The notes under the pieces: model-generated
Seen by the model: the letters and a program-made list of their open reading frames with translations, nothing else
What the model was told of the DNA's origin: nothing
Database searches by the model: none
Shown: in pieces, positions 9,684-16,842 of the stretch
Layout: each line of letters opens with the position of its first letter
Position numbering within the stretch: the stretch's first letter is position 1
Assembly (NCBI GenBank): GCA_963795085.1
Contig: CAWCFX010000006.1
Span: 576,001-640,000 of the forward strand
Source: an uncultured Gemmatimonadales bacterium
GTDB taxonomy: Bacteria; Gemmatimonadota; Gemmatimonadetes; Gemmatimonadales; GWC2-71-9
Reading direction: 5' to 3'
Length of the DNA stretch: 64,000 nucleotides
Position numbers and translations under genes: made by a program

Positions 9684-9851
9684 TCAGACTCCGTCAGCCG
9701 GCTTCCGCTTGAAAAGAGACCCGATCTTCCGGAAGAATCCCACGACGTGCCGCCAGAAAATGAGCAGCGCACCGCCGATCGCGCCGAGGATCGACGTCAG
9801 GGGGAGAATCTGGTCGGGACCAACGTACAGGAGATTGAGGAGGAGCAGCAT
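9684..9851 (-). CDS. 55-aa small membrane protein (YVGP motif, TM helix, basic tail)
   Basis: MLLLLNLLYVGPDQILPLTSILGAIGGALLIFWRHVVGFFRKIGSLFKRKPADGV, with GAAAGG RBS just upstream of ATG 9851. Confidence 0.7.
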   Translation of the reverse strand: MLLLLNLLYVGPDQILPLTSILGAIGGALLIFWRHVVGFFRKIGSLFKRKPADGV

Positions 9852-9988
9852 CGGTAACCTTTCTGGGCGAAATGCCTGACGGACGGCGGTCTTCCAGTGC
9901 CGGACGCGGCGGTGATACAATCCTGATTCGTGACCGGTATTCCGGATGAAGAACCCTGCGGCAAAGCTCGGGAGCCCGCATGGGGAGG

Positions 9989-10004
9989 AGCAACCGGTAT
10001 GCCA
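9989..10004 (-). promoter_or_regulatory. sigma-54 (-24/-12) promoter of the small-protein/GT87/YvcK operon
   Basis: TGGCATACCGGTTGCT on the minus strand; GG-N10-GC spacing; intergenic. Confidence 0.8.
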
Positions 10005-10075
10005 CCAATAACATAGCGGGAGGAGCAGCCCTCCCATCGACTGTTGCGATGATCCTACAGTTTCTGGGCTGACCC

Positions 10076-11488
10076 CTACACTGTCAGGGTGGGGGGACCG
10101 CCGCGCCGGAAGCGGATCCCCCCCGCCAGGGTCAGCAGACCAAGATACACCAGTCCTCCCACGGCCACTCCGGTCCAGAGACCGGTGAACCCCGATACGT
10201 AGAGTACCACCGCCATACCCGATCCCGCCAGCAAGGTCCGCCAGAGCCGGGAGAAGTGCGGGAACCCGAAGCCCTCAGCGCGGGCAAAGGCCAGCGCCAG
10301 GAGGGTCCGGAAGGACTCGGTTCCGAGGGTCGCCAGGGCCGCGCCCACCATACCGTAGCGGGGGATGACGAGGATATTGAGCAGGAGGTTGAGCATCGCG
10401 GACACGAAGGTGATCCGGAGCACCCGGTCCTGGCGGCCCGCCGCGATCAGGGCCATCTGCGGGACGTTGCGGTAAAAGGCGACCGGGACCGTCCAGATGA
10501 GAACCTGCAGCGCGGTGGTGGATGGATCATATCCCGGGCCGAAGACAAACCGGATGATGCCAGGGGCCAGGAGAAAGCCGCCTGCGGCGACCGGGAACGC
10601 CGCGGCGAAGACCTGGGCCATCGAGGTCTGGTACAGGGCCTTCTGCCGGACCGGCTCCGGGGCCAGCCGGGTCAGGGTAGGCAGCAGGCTCTGGCTGTAG
10701 GCAATGCCGAGGTTGAGCAGGAAGCTGATGAGGGTGTATGCTGCGACGTACTGTCCGACGTCGGCCGGGGTCCAGAACGCCCGCAGAAAGATCAGGTCGG
10801 AATTGTAGATCATCAGGCCCAGCAGCGCATGCAGGACCAGTGGAAAGGCCCGGCGCAGGACCGGCCCGGCGGCCGCCCGGTCCCAGCGGAGCGGAAGCGG
10901 AATGCCCCGCTGCCGGAGCCAGAAGGCCAGCAGCAGGACCATCAGCATGTCGCCGGTGAACTGGGCCAGCGGCACCCGGGCCAGGTCGCCGGCCGACCGG
11001 ACCATGAGGATGACCAGCAGCACCATGGTCGACTCGCCGGCGATGCGGGCCATGGCGACCCGGGGCGCGTCCTCGAGGCCGAGGTGGATCCACCGCGTGT
11101 TGGCGCCGACCCCGAGCAGCGTGAGGCCGTACACGGCCAGGACGGCGCCGTCGGGCTGGGGCAGGAACAGCAGGCCGGCGCCCGCGAGGAGCAGGACCAG
11201 CGCGGCGGCCACGCCGAGCCGCAGCGCCAGCACCGCGGGCGCGACGGTGCCGGCCCGGGTGTGGTCGGCGGCAATCTCCCGGACCCCCAGGGTCTCGATG
11301 CCGCAGTCGGCCATGTAGGTGAAGTAGAGCAGGACGGCGGTGGCCAGGCCGATAATCCCGTAGGCGCCCGGCCCCAGCGTCCGGGCCAGGTACACGGTGG
11401 CCGCGAACGCGATCAGCCGGGCGATGGCCTCGCCGGCGCCCAGCGCAAAGAAGTTCCGTTGAACAGTTTGTTCGTGACGATCGGTCAC
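10076..11488 (-). CDS. Wzx-type oligosaccharide flippase
   Basis: RNFFALGAGE, YLARTLGPGAYG, VGQYVAAY and NILVIPRYGMVGAALAT motifs; many TM segments. Confidence 0.9.
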   Translation of the reverse strand: MTDRHEQTVQRNFFALGAGEAIARLIAFAATVYLARTLGPGAYGIIGLATAVLLYFTYMADCGIETLGVREIAADHTRAGTVAPAVLALRLGVAAALVLLLAGAGLLFLPQPDGAVLAVYGLTLLGVGANTRWIHLGLEDAPRVAMARIAGESTMVLLVILMVRSAGDLARVPLAQFTGDMLMVLLLAFWLRQRGIPLPLRWDRAAAGPVLRRAFPLVLHALLGLMIYNSDLIFLRAFWTPADVGQYVAAYTLISFLLNLGIAYSQSLLPTLTRLAPEPVRQKALYQTSMAQVFAAAFPVAAGGFLLAPGIIRFVFGPGYDPSTTALQVLIWTVPVAFYRNVPQMALIAAGRQDRVLRITFVSAMLNLLLNILVIPRYGMVGAALATLGTESFRTLLALAFARAEGFGFPHFSRLWRTLLAGSGMAVVLYVSGFTGLWTGVAVGGLVYLGLLTLAGGIRFRRGGPPTLTV

Positions 11489-11524
11489 GCGTCAGGATTC
11501 CGGTGGGGTCGGGGAAAGAATAAC

Positions 11525-12838
11525 ATGCCCAGGACAATCTTCCGAACTCTGTGGCTCGCCGCCACGGCCGGATGTTCGGCCGCCGGTCCGGCTGTCATCG
11601 CCGTGGACTCGGCCGTCACCTACCAGACGATCTCGGGTTGGGAGGCCTCCGAGTCGTTTGGGTGGACCCTGCCACCCGCGGCCATGGATTCGCTGATGGA
11701 CATGGCCGTGACCGACCTGGGGATCAACCGGCTCCGCCTGAGCATCCCGGGCAACATGATCGAATCGCTCGACTCGCTGACGGTGCCCGAAGAAACCAGC
11801 ATCGGCAGCAACGACAACGATGACCCCGCCGTGCTCAACCCGGACGGCTTCCGCTGGACCCTGTTCGACTACCTGGTACGGACCTTTGCCCTTCCCCTGC
11901 GGCAACGGGTGGAGGCCCGGGGAGAACCGTTCACCCTGGTCGCCTGCTACGTCGGGTTCCGCCCTACCTCTGAGTACCAGCAGCGGGACCCCCGCGAATA
12001 CGTAGAGCTGATGCTGGCGGTGCTCAACCACCTGCGGGACGAGTTCGGGCTGGTGCCCGATGTGTGGGAAGTGCGGCTGGAGCCGGACCATGGACGGACC
12101 CGGCTTACCGGCCGGGAGCAGGGAGAACTGCTGATCGCCGCGGCCACCGCGGCCCGGGCAGCGGGATATGACAGCCTGATGTTCCTGGTCCCGTCCACGG
12201 TGGTGCCCCACCGCGCGGTGCAATACCTCGACGGTATTCTCTCGGTGCCGGGGACCGCGCCGCTCATCCGGGAGGTGACGTACCACCGCTACTCGGATCC
12301 GCCCCGGGAGGTGCTCAACCAGATTCGCGACCGGGCCGCCGCGCTCGGCGCGCCCACTGCGATGCTGGAGTTCCTGCGCGGCACCGAGCATGATCTGTTC
12401 GAAGACCTCACCGAGGCCGACGTCACCGCATGGTCCCGGTTCTCGCTGGCGGGACCGTTCGGCGGCCCCGACCGCGGCGGCCAGTATTTCTTCGCGGATA
12501 CCGCGGCGGGGACTTTCCGCTACCGGTCCACTACCTGGCCCCTGCGGCAGTTTTTCCATTACATCAGGCCCGGCGCGGTGCGGCTGGGCGCGCGGGCCGG
12601 GAGGCGGGGAATCGAGCCGGTCGCATTTCGACGCCCCGATGGACGGATGGTCGTCGTCGCCAACCTGGACCGGGGGGGCCCGCTCCGGGTAACCGGCCTC
12701 CGACCCGATCGCTACCGGCTGAGCTACTCGACCGCCGGCGAGCCCGGGGCGCGGGGGGCCCTGGTCGCCGTAGCCGCGGGAGGAGTCGCGGACATCGCGC
12801 TCCCGGCCGCCGGTACGCTGACTCTCTCGCCGGAGTGA
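11525..12838 (+). CDS. Putative lipoprotein, GH30-like glycoside hydrolase
   Basis: Signal ending LAATAG-C. VTYQTISGW, LGINRLRL, LEPD, MLEF, RQFFHYIRPGAVR and VAFRRPDGRMVVVAN are typical of GH30 TIM-barrel/beta-sandwich proteins. Confidence 0.65.
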   Translation: MPRTIFRTLWLAATAGCSAAGPAVIAVDSAVTYQTISGWEASESFGWTLPPAAMDSLMDMAVTDLGINRLRLSIPGNMIESLDSLTVPEETSIGSNDNDDPAVLNPDGFRWTLFDYLVRTFALPLRQRVEARGEPFTLVACYVGFRPTSEYQQRDPREYVELMLAVLNHLRDEFGLVPDVWEVRLEPDHGRTRLTGREQGELLIAAATAARAAGYDSLMFLVPSTVVPHRAVQYLDGILSVPGTAPLIREVTYHRYSDPPREVLNQIRDRAAALGAPTAMLEFLRGTEHDLFEDLTEADVTAWSRFSLAGPFGGPDRGGQYFFADTAAGTFRYRSTTWPLRQFFHYIRPGAVRLGARAGRRGIEPVAFRRPDGRMVVVANLDRGGPLRVTGLRPDRYRLSYSTAGEPGARGALVAVAAGGVADIALPAAGTLTLSPE

Positions 12839-13944
12839 ACCACCGGGAGCGGCGAGGCCGCGAGGATCCCGGCGATCAGCTCGGCCACCCGGGCATTGGC
12901 CGCTTCGGTGATGTGGGAATCCCGGTCCACGAAAACGGTCTGGGTATCGCTGTCAAACAGGTCATAGGCCCTGAAGTAGGTGGCGCCCTCGTGGTGGGTC
13001 ATGACCGAGTCAATCGCGACGTAGCAGCGTCCGAAAATCTCCCCCTTCCCCAGCGTTTGTTCCCAGGGGGTGAGCCGCTTCCGGGTCGCGGCGTGGTGCG
13101 GCTGAAGCAGCCGGACGATTCGAACCCCGAAGGCCGCGCCCATTCCCTCCACCGCCTGGTGGGTGCGCCGGTAGTACTGCGCGATCGCGTCGCAGGCGGC
13201 GGCATCGTCACGGGCGGCTGGCTCCCGCGGGCGGGACGGGAGCAGCCGCTGCACCAGCTTCGAGTGCCGCCCCAGCCCGGCCAACTCACCCCAGAAGCCA
13301 CGTTTCCCCAGATCCAGCCGTCGCTGGGCAATCTCCTCCGCAAACGTATGGCCGGGCTCCCGGAAGCGAAGACCGGTGGCAATGTCGTTGTACCCGTCCA
13401 GGAAAACCGCCACATGAGGCACATTGCCATGGGCCAGCTCGACCAGGAGCCCGGTGGCCCCCTGTGTGGCGTTGTGTCCCGCCTGGGCGAGGTTGACGAC
13501 CTCGACATTCTGAATGCCGCGTTGCGCCAGTTGGCTGGCCAGCAGCGACGGGATCGTGAACGAGTCGCGCGCCGCGAAGCCCCACATGCTGCTGCCGCCC
13601 AGCATGAAGACCCGGAGCGCGGTGGCCCGGTCTTGCACAGTCGAAATCGTCAACCGGCGTCCGGCGGAGTCGATGTTGACGTAGGGGGATGTCAGCGGGG
13701 CCGGCCAGTGGCCGCGGTAACTGTCGAGGCGATAATCCACCCGCGCGACCCGGGCATCCAGTTCCGGGAACCACCGAAACCCGGCATATGGGTGCTGGGT
13801 GCTATCCCGTTCGGCGGCCGGCGACGGGCCGCCGCGGATGCCGGCCTGCAGCCGGTAGATTCCCTCCAGGGCGAGGAACAGCAGAATGGTGATCCCCACC
13901 ATCAACCATCCATCGCGGAAACCGTGGGCCACCTTGCGAAGCAT
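12724..13944 (-). CDS. Membrane-anchored SGNH/GDSL hydrolase-family protein
   Basis: N-terminal TM (ILLFLALEG), FMLGGSSMWG, VVNLAQAG, FLDGYND and DRDSHITEAAN motifs. Confidence 0.8.
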   Translation of the reverse strand: MLRKVAHGFRDGWLMVGITILLFLALEGIYRLQAGIRGGPSPAAERDSTQHPYAGFRWFPELDARVARVDYRLDSYRGHWPAPLTSPYVNIDSAGRRLTISTVQDRATALRVFMLGGSSMWGFAARDSFTIPSLLASQLAQRGIQNVEVVNLAQAGHNATQGATGLLVELAHGNVPHVAVFLDGYNDIATGLRFREPGHTFAEEIAQRRLDLGKRGFWGELAGLGRHSKLVQRLLPSRPREPAARDDAAACDAIAQYYRRTHQAVEGMGAAFGVRIVRLLQPHHAATRKRLTPWEQTLGKGEIFGRCYVAIDSVMTHHEGATYFRAYDLFDSDTQTVFVDRDSHITEAANARVAELIAGILAASPLPVVHSGERVSVPAAGSAMSATPPAATATRAPRAPGSPAVE

Positions 13945-14030
13945 TCTTCCCCCAGGTCTTGGCCGCCCTAAAGGGCAGCCAGAAGGCGATTCCCGCAAGG
14001 GTCCTCCGTAAGTGGGAGAGAGGTCGGGAA

Positions 14031-14046
14031 CGGCCTGACCCTTGCA
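14031..14046 (+). promoter_or_regulatory. sigma-54 promoter candidate for the carbamoyltransferase operon
   Basis: CGGCCTGACCCTTGCA; GG-N10-GC spacing with TTGCA. Confidence 0.6.
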
Positions 14047-14169
14047 ATAATTCCGCCGTCTGGACACACCCGATCGAACAAGCTATTGCCGTCACATAAC
14101 TTACCCCTGGGTTGAAATGCAACCGTGGGGTGCGTGCCACACCCGACCAACCGGGCGGGAAAGGAACCA

Positions 14170-15999
14170 TTGGCTGCCGACTCGCATTACCTGGGGATTT
14201 CGGCGTTCTACCACGACAGCGCCGCATGTCTCCTGACCAACGGCCGGATCGTGGCCGCGGCCCAGGAAGAACGGTTTACCCGCATCAAGGGTGATTCCGC
14301 CTTCCCGGCGCGGGCCGTCGAGTATTGCCTGGGCCAGGCCGGGATCGGCACCGCCGACCTGGCCTGCGTCGGATTCTACGACAAACCGCTGCTCAAGTTT
14401 GAGCGGATCCTGGAGACCTACCTGGGCGTCGCACCGCGCGGATTCGCATCCTTCCTCAAGGCGGGGCCGCTCTGGATGAAGGACAAGCTGTACATCGAGC
14501 GGCAGCTGCGCGACGCTCTGGACTACGAGGGCCTCCTGCTCTACGCCGAGCACCACGAGTCCCACGCCGCCAGCGCCTTCTTCCCGTCGCCCTTCCAGGA
14601 GGCGGCGATCCTCACCCTCGACGGGGTGGGCGAATGGGCGACCACCTCGCTCTGCCACGGCCGGGATCACGACATCGAAGTGCTCAAGGAGATTCACTGG
14701 CCCGACTCGCTGGGACTGCTCTACTCGGCATTCACCTATTACACCGGCTTCAAGGTGAACTCGGGGGAATACAAGGTCATGGGCCTGGCGCCGTACGGCG
14801 AGCCCCGCTACGTGGACCTGATCTTCCGGGAGCTGGTGGACCTCCGCGAGGACGGCTCCTTCGCGCTCAACCAGAAGTACTTCAACTACCTGAGCGGCCT
14901 CACCATGACCAACAGTGCGTTCGACGAACTGTTCGGCGGGCCGCCCCGGGAACCGGAGACCAATCTCACCCAGAAAGAGATGGACCTGGCCCGGTCGGTC
15001 CAGGCGGTGTGCGAGGAGATCATGCTGCGCCTGGCCCGTACCGCCCACCGGGAGACCGGGTCCGACAATCTCTGCCTGGCGGGCGGGGTGGCGCTCAACT
15101 GCGTGGGCAACGGCCGGATCCTGCGGGAGGGTCCGTTCAAGCGGATCTGGATCCAGCCGGCCGCCGGGGATGCCGGCGGCGCCCTGGGCGTGGCCCAGCT
15201 CGCCTGGCACCGCCATGCGGGCAAACCCCGCCTGCCCCACCCGGGCCGGGACGGCATGCAGGGCGCCTACCTCGGCCCCGCGTTCACGCCCGAGCAGATC
15301 CAGCGCTTCCTCGACTCCATCGGCGCCGGCTACCGCCGGCTGGACCGGCCCGCCCTCCTCCAGGAAACCGCGGCCCTGCTGGCCGACGAGAAGATCGTCG
15401 GCTGGTTCGACGGCCGCATGGAGTTCGGGCCCCGGGCCCTGGGCAGCCGCAGCATCCTGGGCGACCCGCGAAGCCCGCGGATGCAGGCCCAGATGAACAT
15501 CAAGATCAAGTTCCGCGAGGGCTTCCGGCCCTTCGCGCCCAGCGTCCTGGAAGACCGGGTGGGCGAGTACTTCGATCTCCACGCCGAGTCGCCGTACATG
15601 CTGCTGGTGGCCCCCATCTGCCGGGAGCGCCAGATTCCCATGACCGACCAGCACCGCAATCTCTGGGGCATCGAACAGCTCAACGTGGTCCGCTCCGACA
15701 TCCCCGCGGTGACCCATATCGATTATTCGGCCCGGGTCCAGACGGTGAGCCGGGAAACCAACCCCAATTACTACGACCTGATCGCCGAGTTCGACCGGCT
15801 GACCGGGTGCCCGGTGGTGGTGAACACCTCGTTTAACGTTCGCGGCGAACCGATCGTGTGTACCCCCGCCGACGCGTACCGCTGCTTCATGCGGACCCAT
15901 ATCGACAGCCTGGTGCTGTACCCGTTCCTGCTCGAAAAGAGCGCCCAACCCGAGTGGAAGGAGAGTGAGGATTGGCGCAGCCAGTTCCAGCTCGATTGA
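14170..15999 (+). CDS. O-carbamoyltransferase (NodU/CmcH/SxtI family)
   Basis: LGISAFYHDSAA, EEERFTR-type motif, HHESHAASAF, EYKVMGLAPYG, GGVALNCVGNG, EFGPRALGSRSI and NTSFNVRGEPIV motifs. TTG start follows AAGGA. Confidence 0.95.
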   Translation: MAADSHYLGISAFYHDSAACLLTNGRIVAAAQEERFTRIKGDSAFPARAVEYCLGQAGIGTADLACVGFYDKPLLKFERILETYLGVAPRGFASFLKAGPLWMKDKLYIERQLRDALDYEGLLLYAEHHESHAASAFFPSPFQEAAILTLDGVGEWATTSLCHGRDHDIEVLKEIHWPDSLGLLYSAFTYYTGFKVNSGEYKVMGLAPYGEPRYVDLIFRELVDLREDGSFALNQKYFNYLSGLTMTNSAFDELFGGPPREPETNLTQKEMDLARSVQAVCEEIMLRLARTAHRETGSDNLCLAGGVALNCVGNGRILREGPFKRIWIQPAAGDAGGALGVAQLAWHRHAGKPRLPHPGRDGMQGAYLGPAFTPEQIQRFLDSIGAGYRRLDRPALLQETAALLADEKIVGWFDGRMEFGPRALGSRSILGDPRSPRMQAQMNIKIKFREGFRPFAPSVLEDRVGEYFDLHAESPYMLLVAPICRERQIPMTDQHRNLWGIEQLNVVRSDIPAVTHIDYSARVQTVSRETNPNYYDLIAEFDRLTGCPVVVNTSFNVRGEPIVCTPADAYRCFMRTHIDSLVLYPFLLEKSAQPEWKESEDWRSQFQLD

Positions 16000-16376
16000 C
16001 CGCGGCGGAGCTGCGGAAGTTCGGCCTCCTGGTCGGCGGGGTCTTTGTCGCGCTCGGCGGCCTGTTCTGGTGGCGGGACTCGGGCCGCGCGGCCGCCATC
16101 CTCTGGGGGGTCGGGGGGCCGCTGATGGCGCTGGGACTGGCGGCACCGGCCCTGCTCCGCCCCGTGTACCGGGCCTGGATGGGGCTGGCGCTCCTGATCT
16201 CCAGGGTAACCACGCCGGTGATCATGGCCGTGCTCTACTTCGTGGTGATGACGCCGGTGGGCTTGCTGGCCCGGGCCTTCGGACACCGCCCGCTGGAGCG
16301 GGGCGGGAAGGACCGGGAACTATGGCTGGTGCGCCAGCCGGCCGACCGGAAGAGCGACATGGAACGGCAGTTCTGA
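15972..16376 (+). CDS. SxtJ-family membrane protein
   Basis: ELRKFGL, LRPVYRAWMGLA, VLYFVVMTPVGL and C-terminal MERQF; typical position after a carbamoyltransferase. Confidence 0.85.
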   Translation: MAQPVPARLTAAELRKFGLLVGGVFVALGGLFWWRDSGRAAAILWGVGGPLMALGLAAPALLRPVYRAWMGLALLISRVTTPVIMAVLYFVVMTPVGLLARAFGHRPLERGGKDRELWLVRQPADRKSDMERQF

Positions 16377-16448
16377 CACTTGCAGCCGGGGACCTTAAAC
16401 TCTCAGCAGGGGCGGGACCGAAGGCTTCCGATAATCCGGAGTGATCAC

Positions 16449-16610
16449 ATGACCAGGCGAACGGGACTGCTCGGGGAACTATGGCTGTTCCTCAAGGTGC
16501 GCAAGAAGTGGTGGCTGGTACCCCTGATCCTTCTCATGGTGATGATCGGCGGGTTGCTGGTCTTCGCCCAGGGGTCGGTCCTGGCGCCGTTCATCTATAC
16601 CATCTTCTAG
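16449..16610 (+). CDS. DUF5989/SxtK-like small membrane protein
   Basis: ELWLFLKVRKKWWLVP...GSVLAPFIYTIF signature; GGAG RBS upstream. Confidence 0.85.
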   Translation: MTRRTGLLGELWLFLKVRKKWWLVPLILLMVMIGGLLVFAQGSVLAPFIYTIF

Positions 16611-16835
16611 TGGACGGTCTCACATGTTTCGAAAGACGCTGTCGGAACAGCTCACCACGGAGCCACGAAGCAGACGGAGGTAGCACGGAGCACCCACCGT
16701 AGCGGGCTCAAGAGCCGCAATCCCAATACCTTGGCGGCAGCATGAAGGTTCTTCGTGCTGCCTTCGTGGACTTCGTGGCTCCGTGGTGAATCAGTCCTTG
16801 CCCACCTGATCGGAACTTTGGATACAGTCCACTAG
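16607..16835. mobile_element. Non-autonomous MITE-like element with CTAG-bounded imperfect terminal inverted repeats and a perfect inner 19-bp inverted repeat
   Basis: Left CTAGTGGACGGTCTCACATGTTTCGA versus reverse complement of right CTAGTGGACTGTATCCAAAGTTCCGA (20/26 by eye). Inner TCACCACGGAGCCACGAAG (16652-16670) pairs with CTTCGTGGCTCCGTGGTGA (16771-16789). Confidence 0.65.
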
Positions 16836-16842
16836 GCACCCG

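Noticed and set aside
14170..16610. Saxitoxin biosynthesis (sxtI/J/K similarity)
   Set aside because: No sxtA, sxtG or other toxin genes are present, and the trio is widespread in glycan loci.
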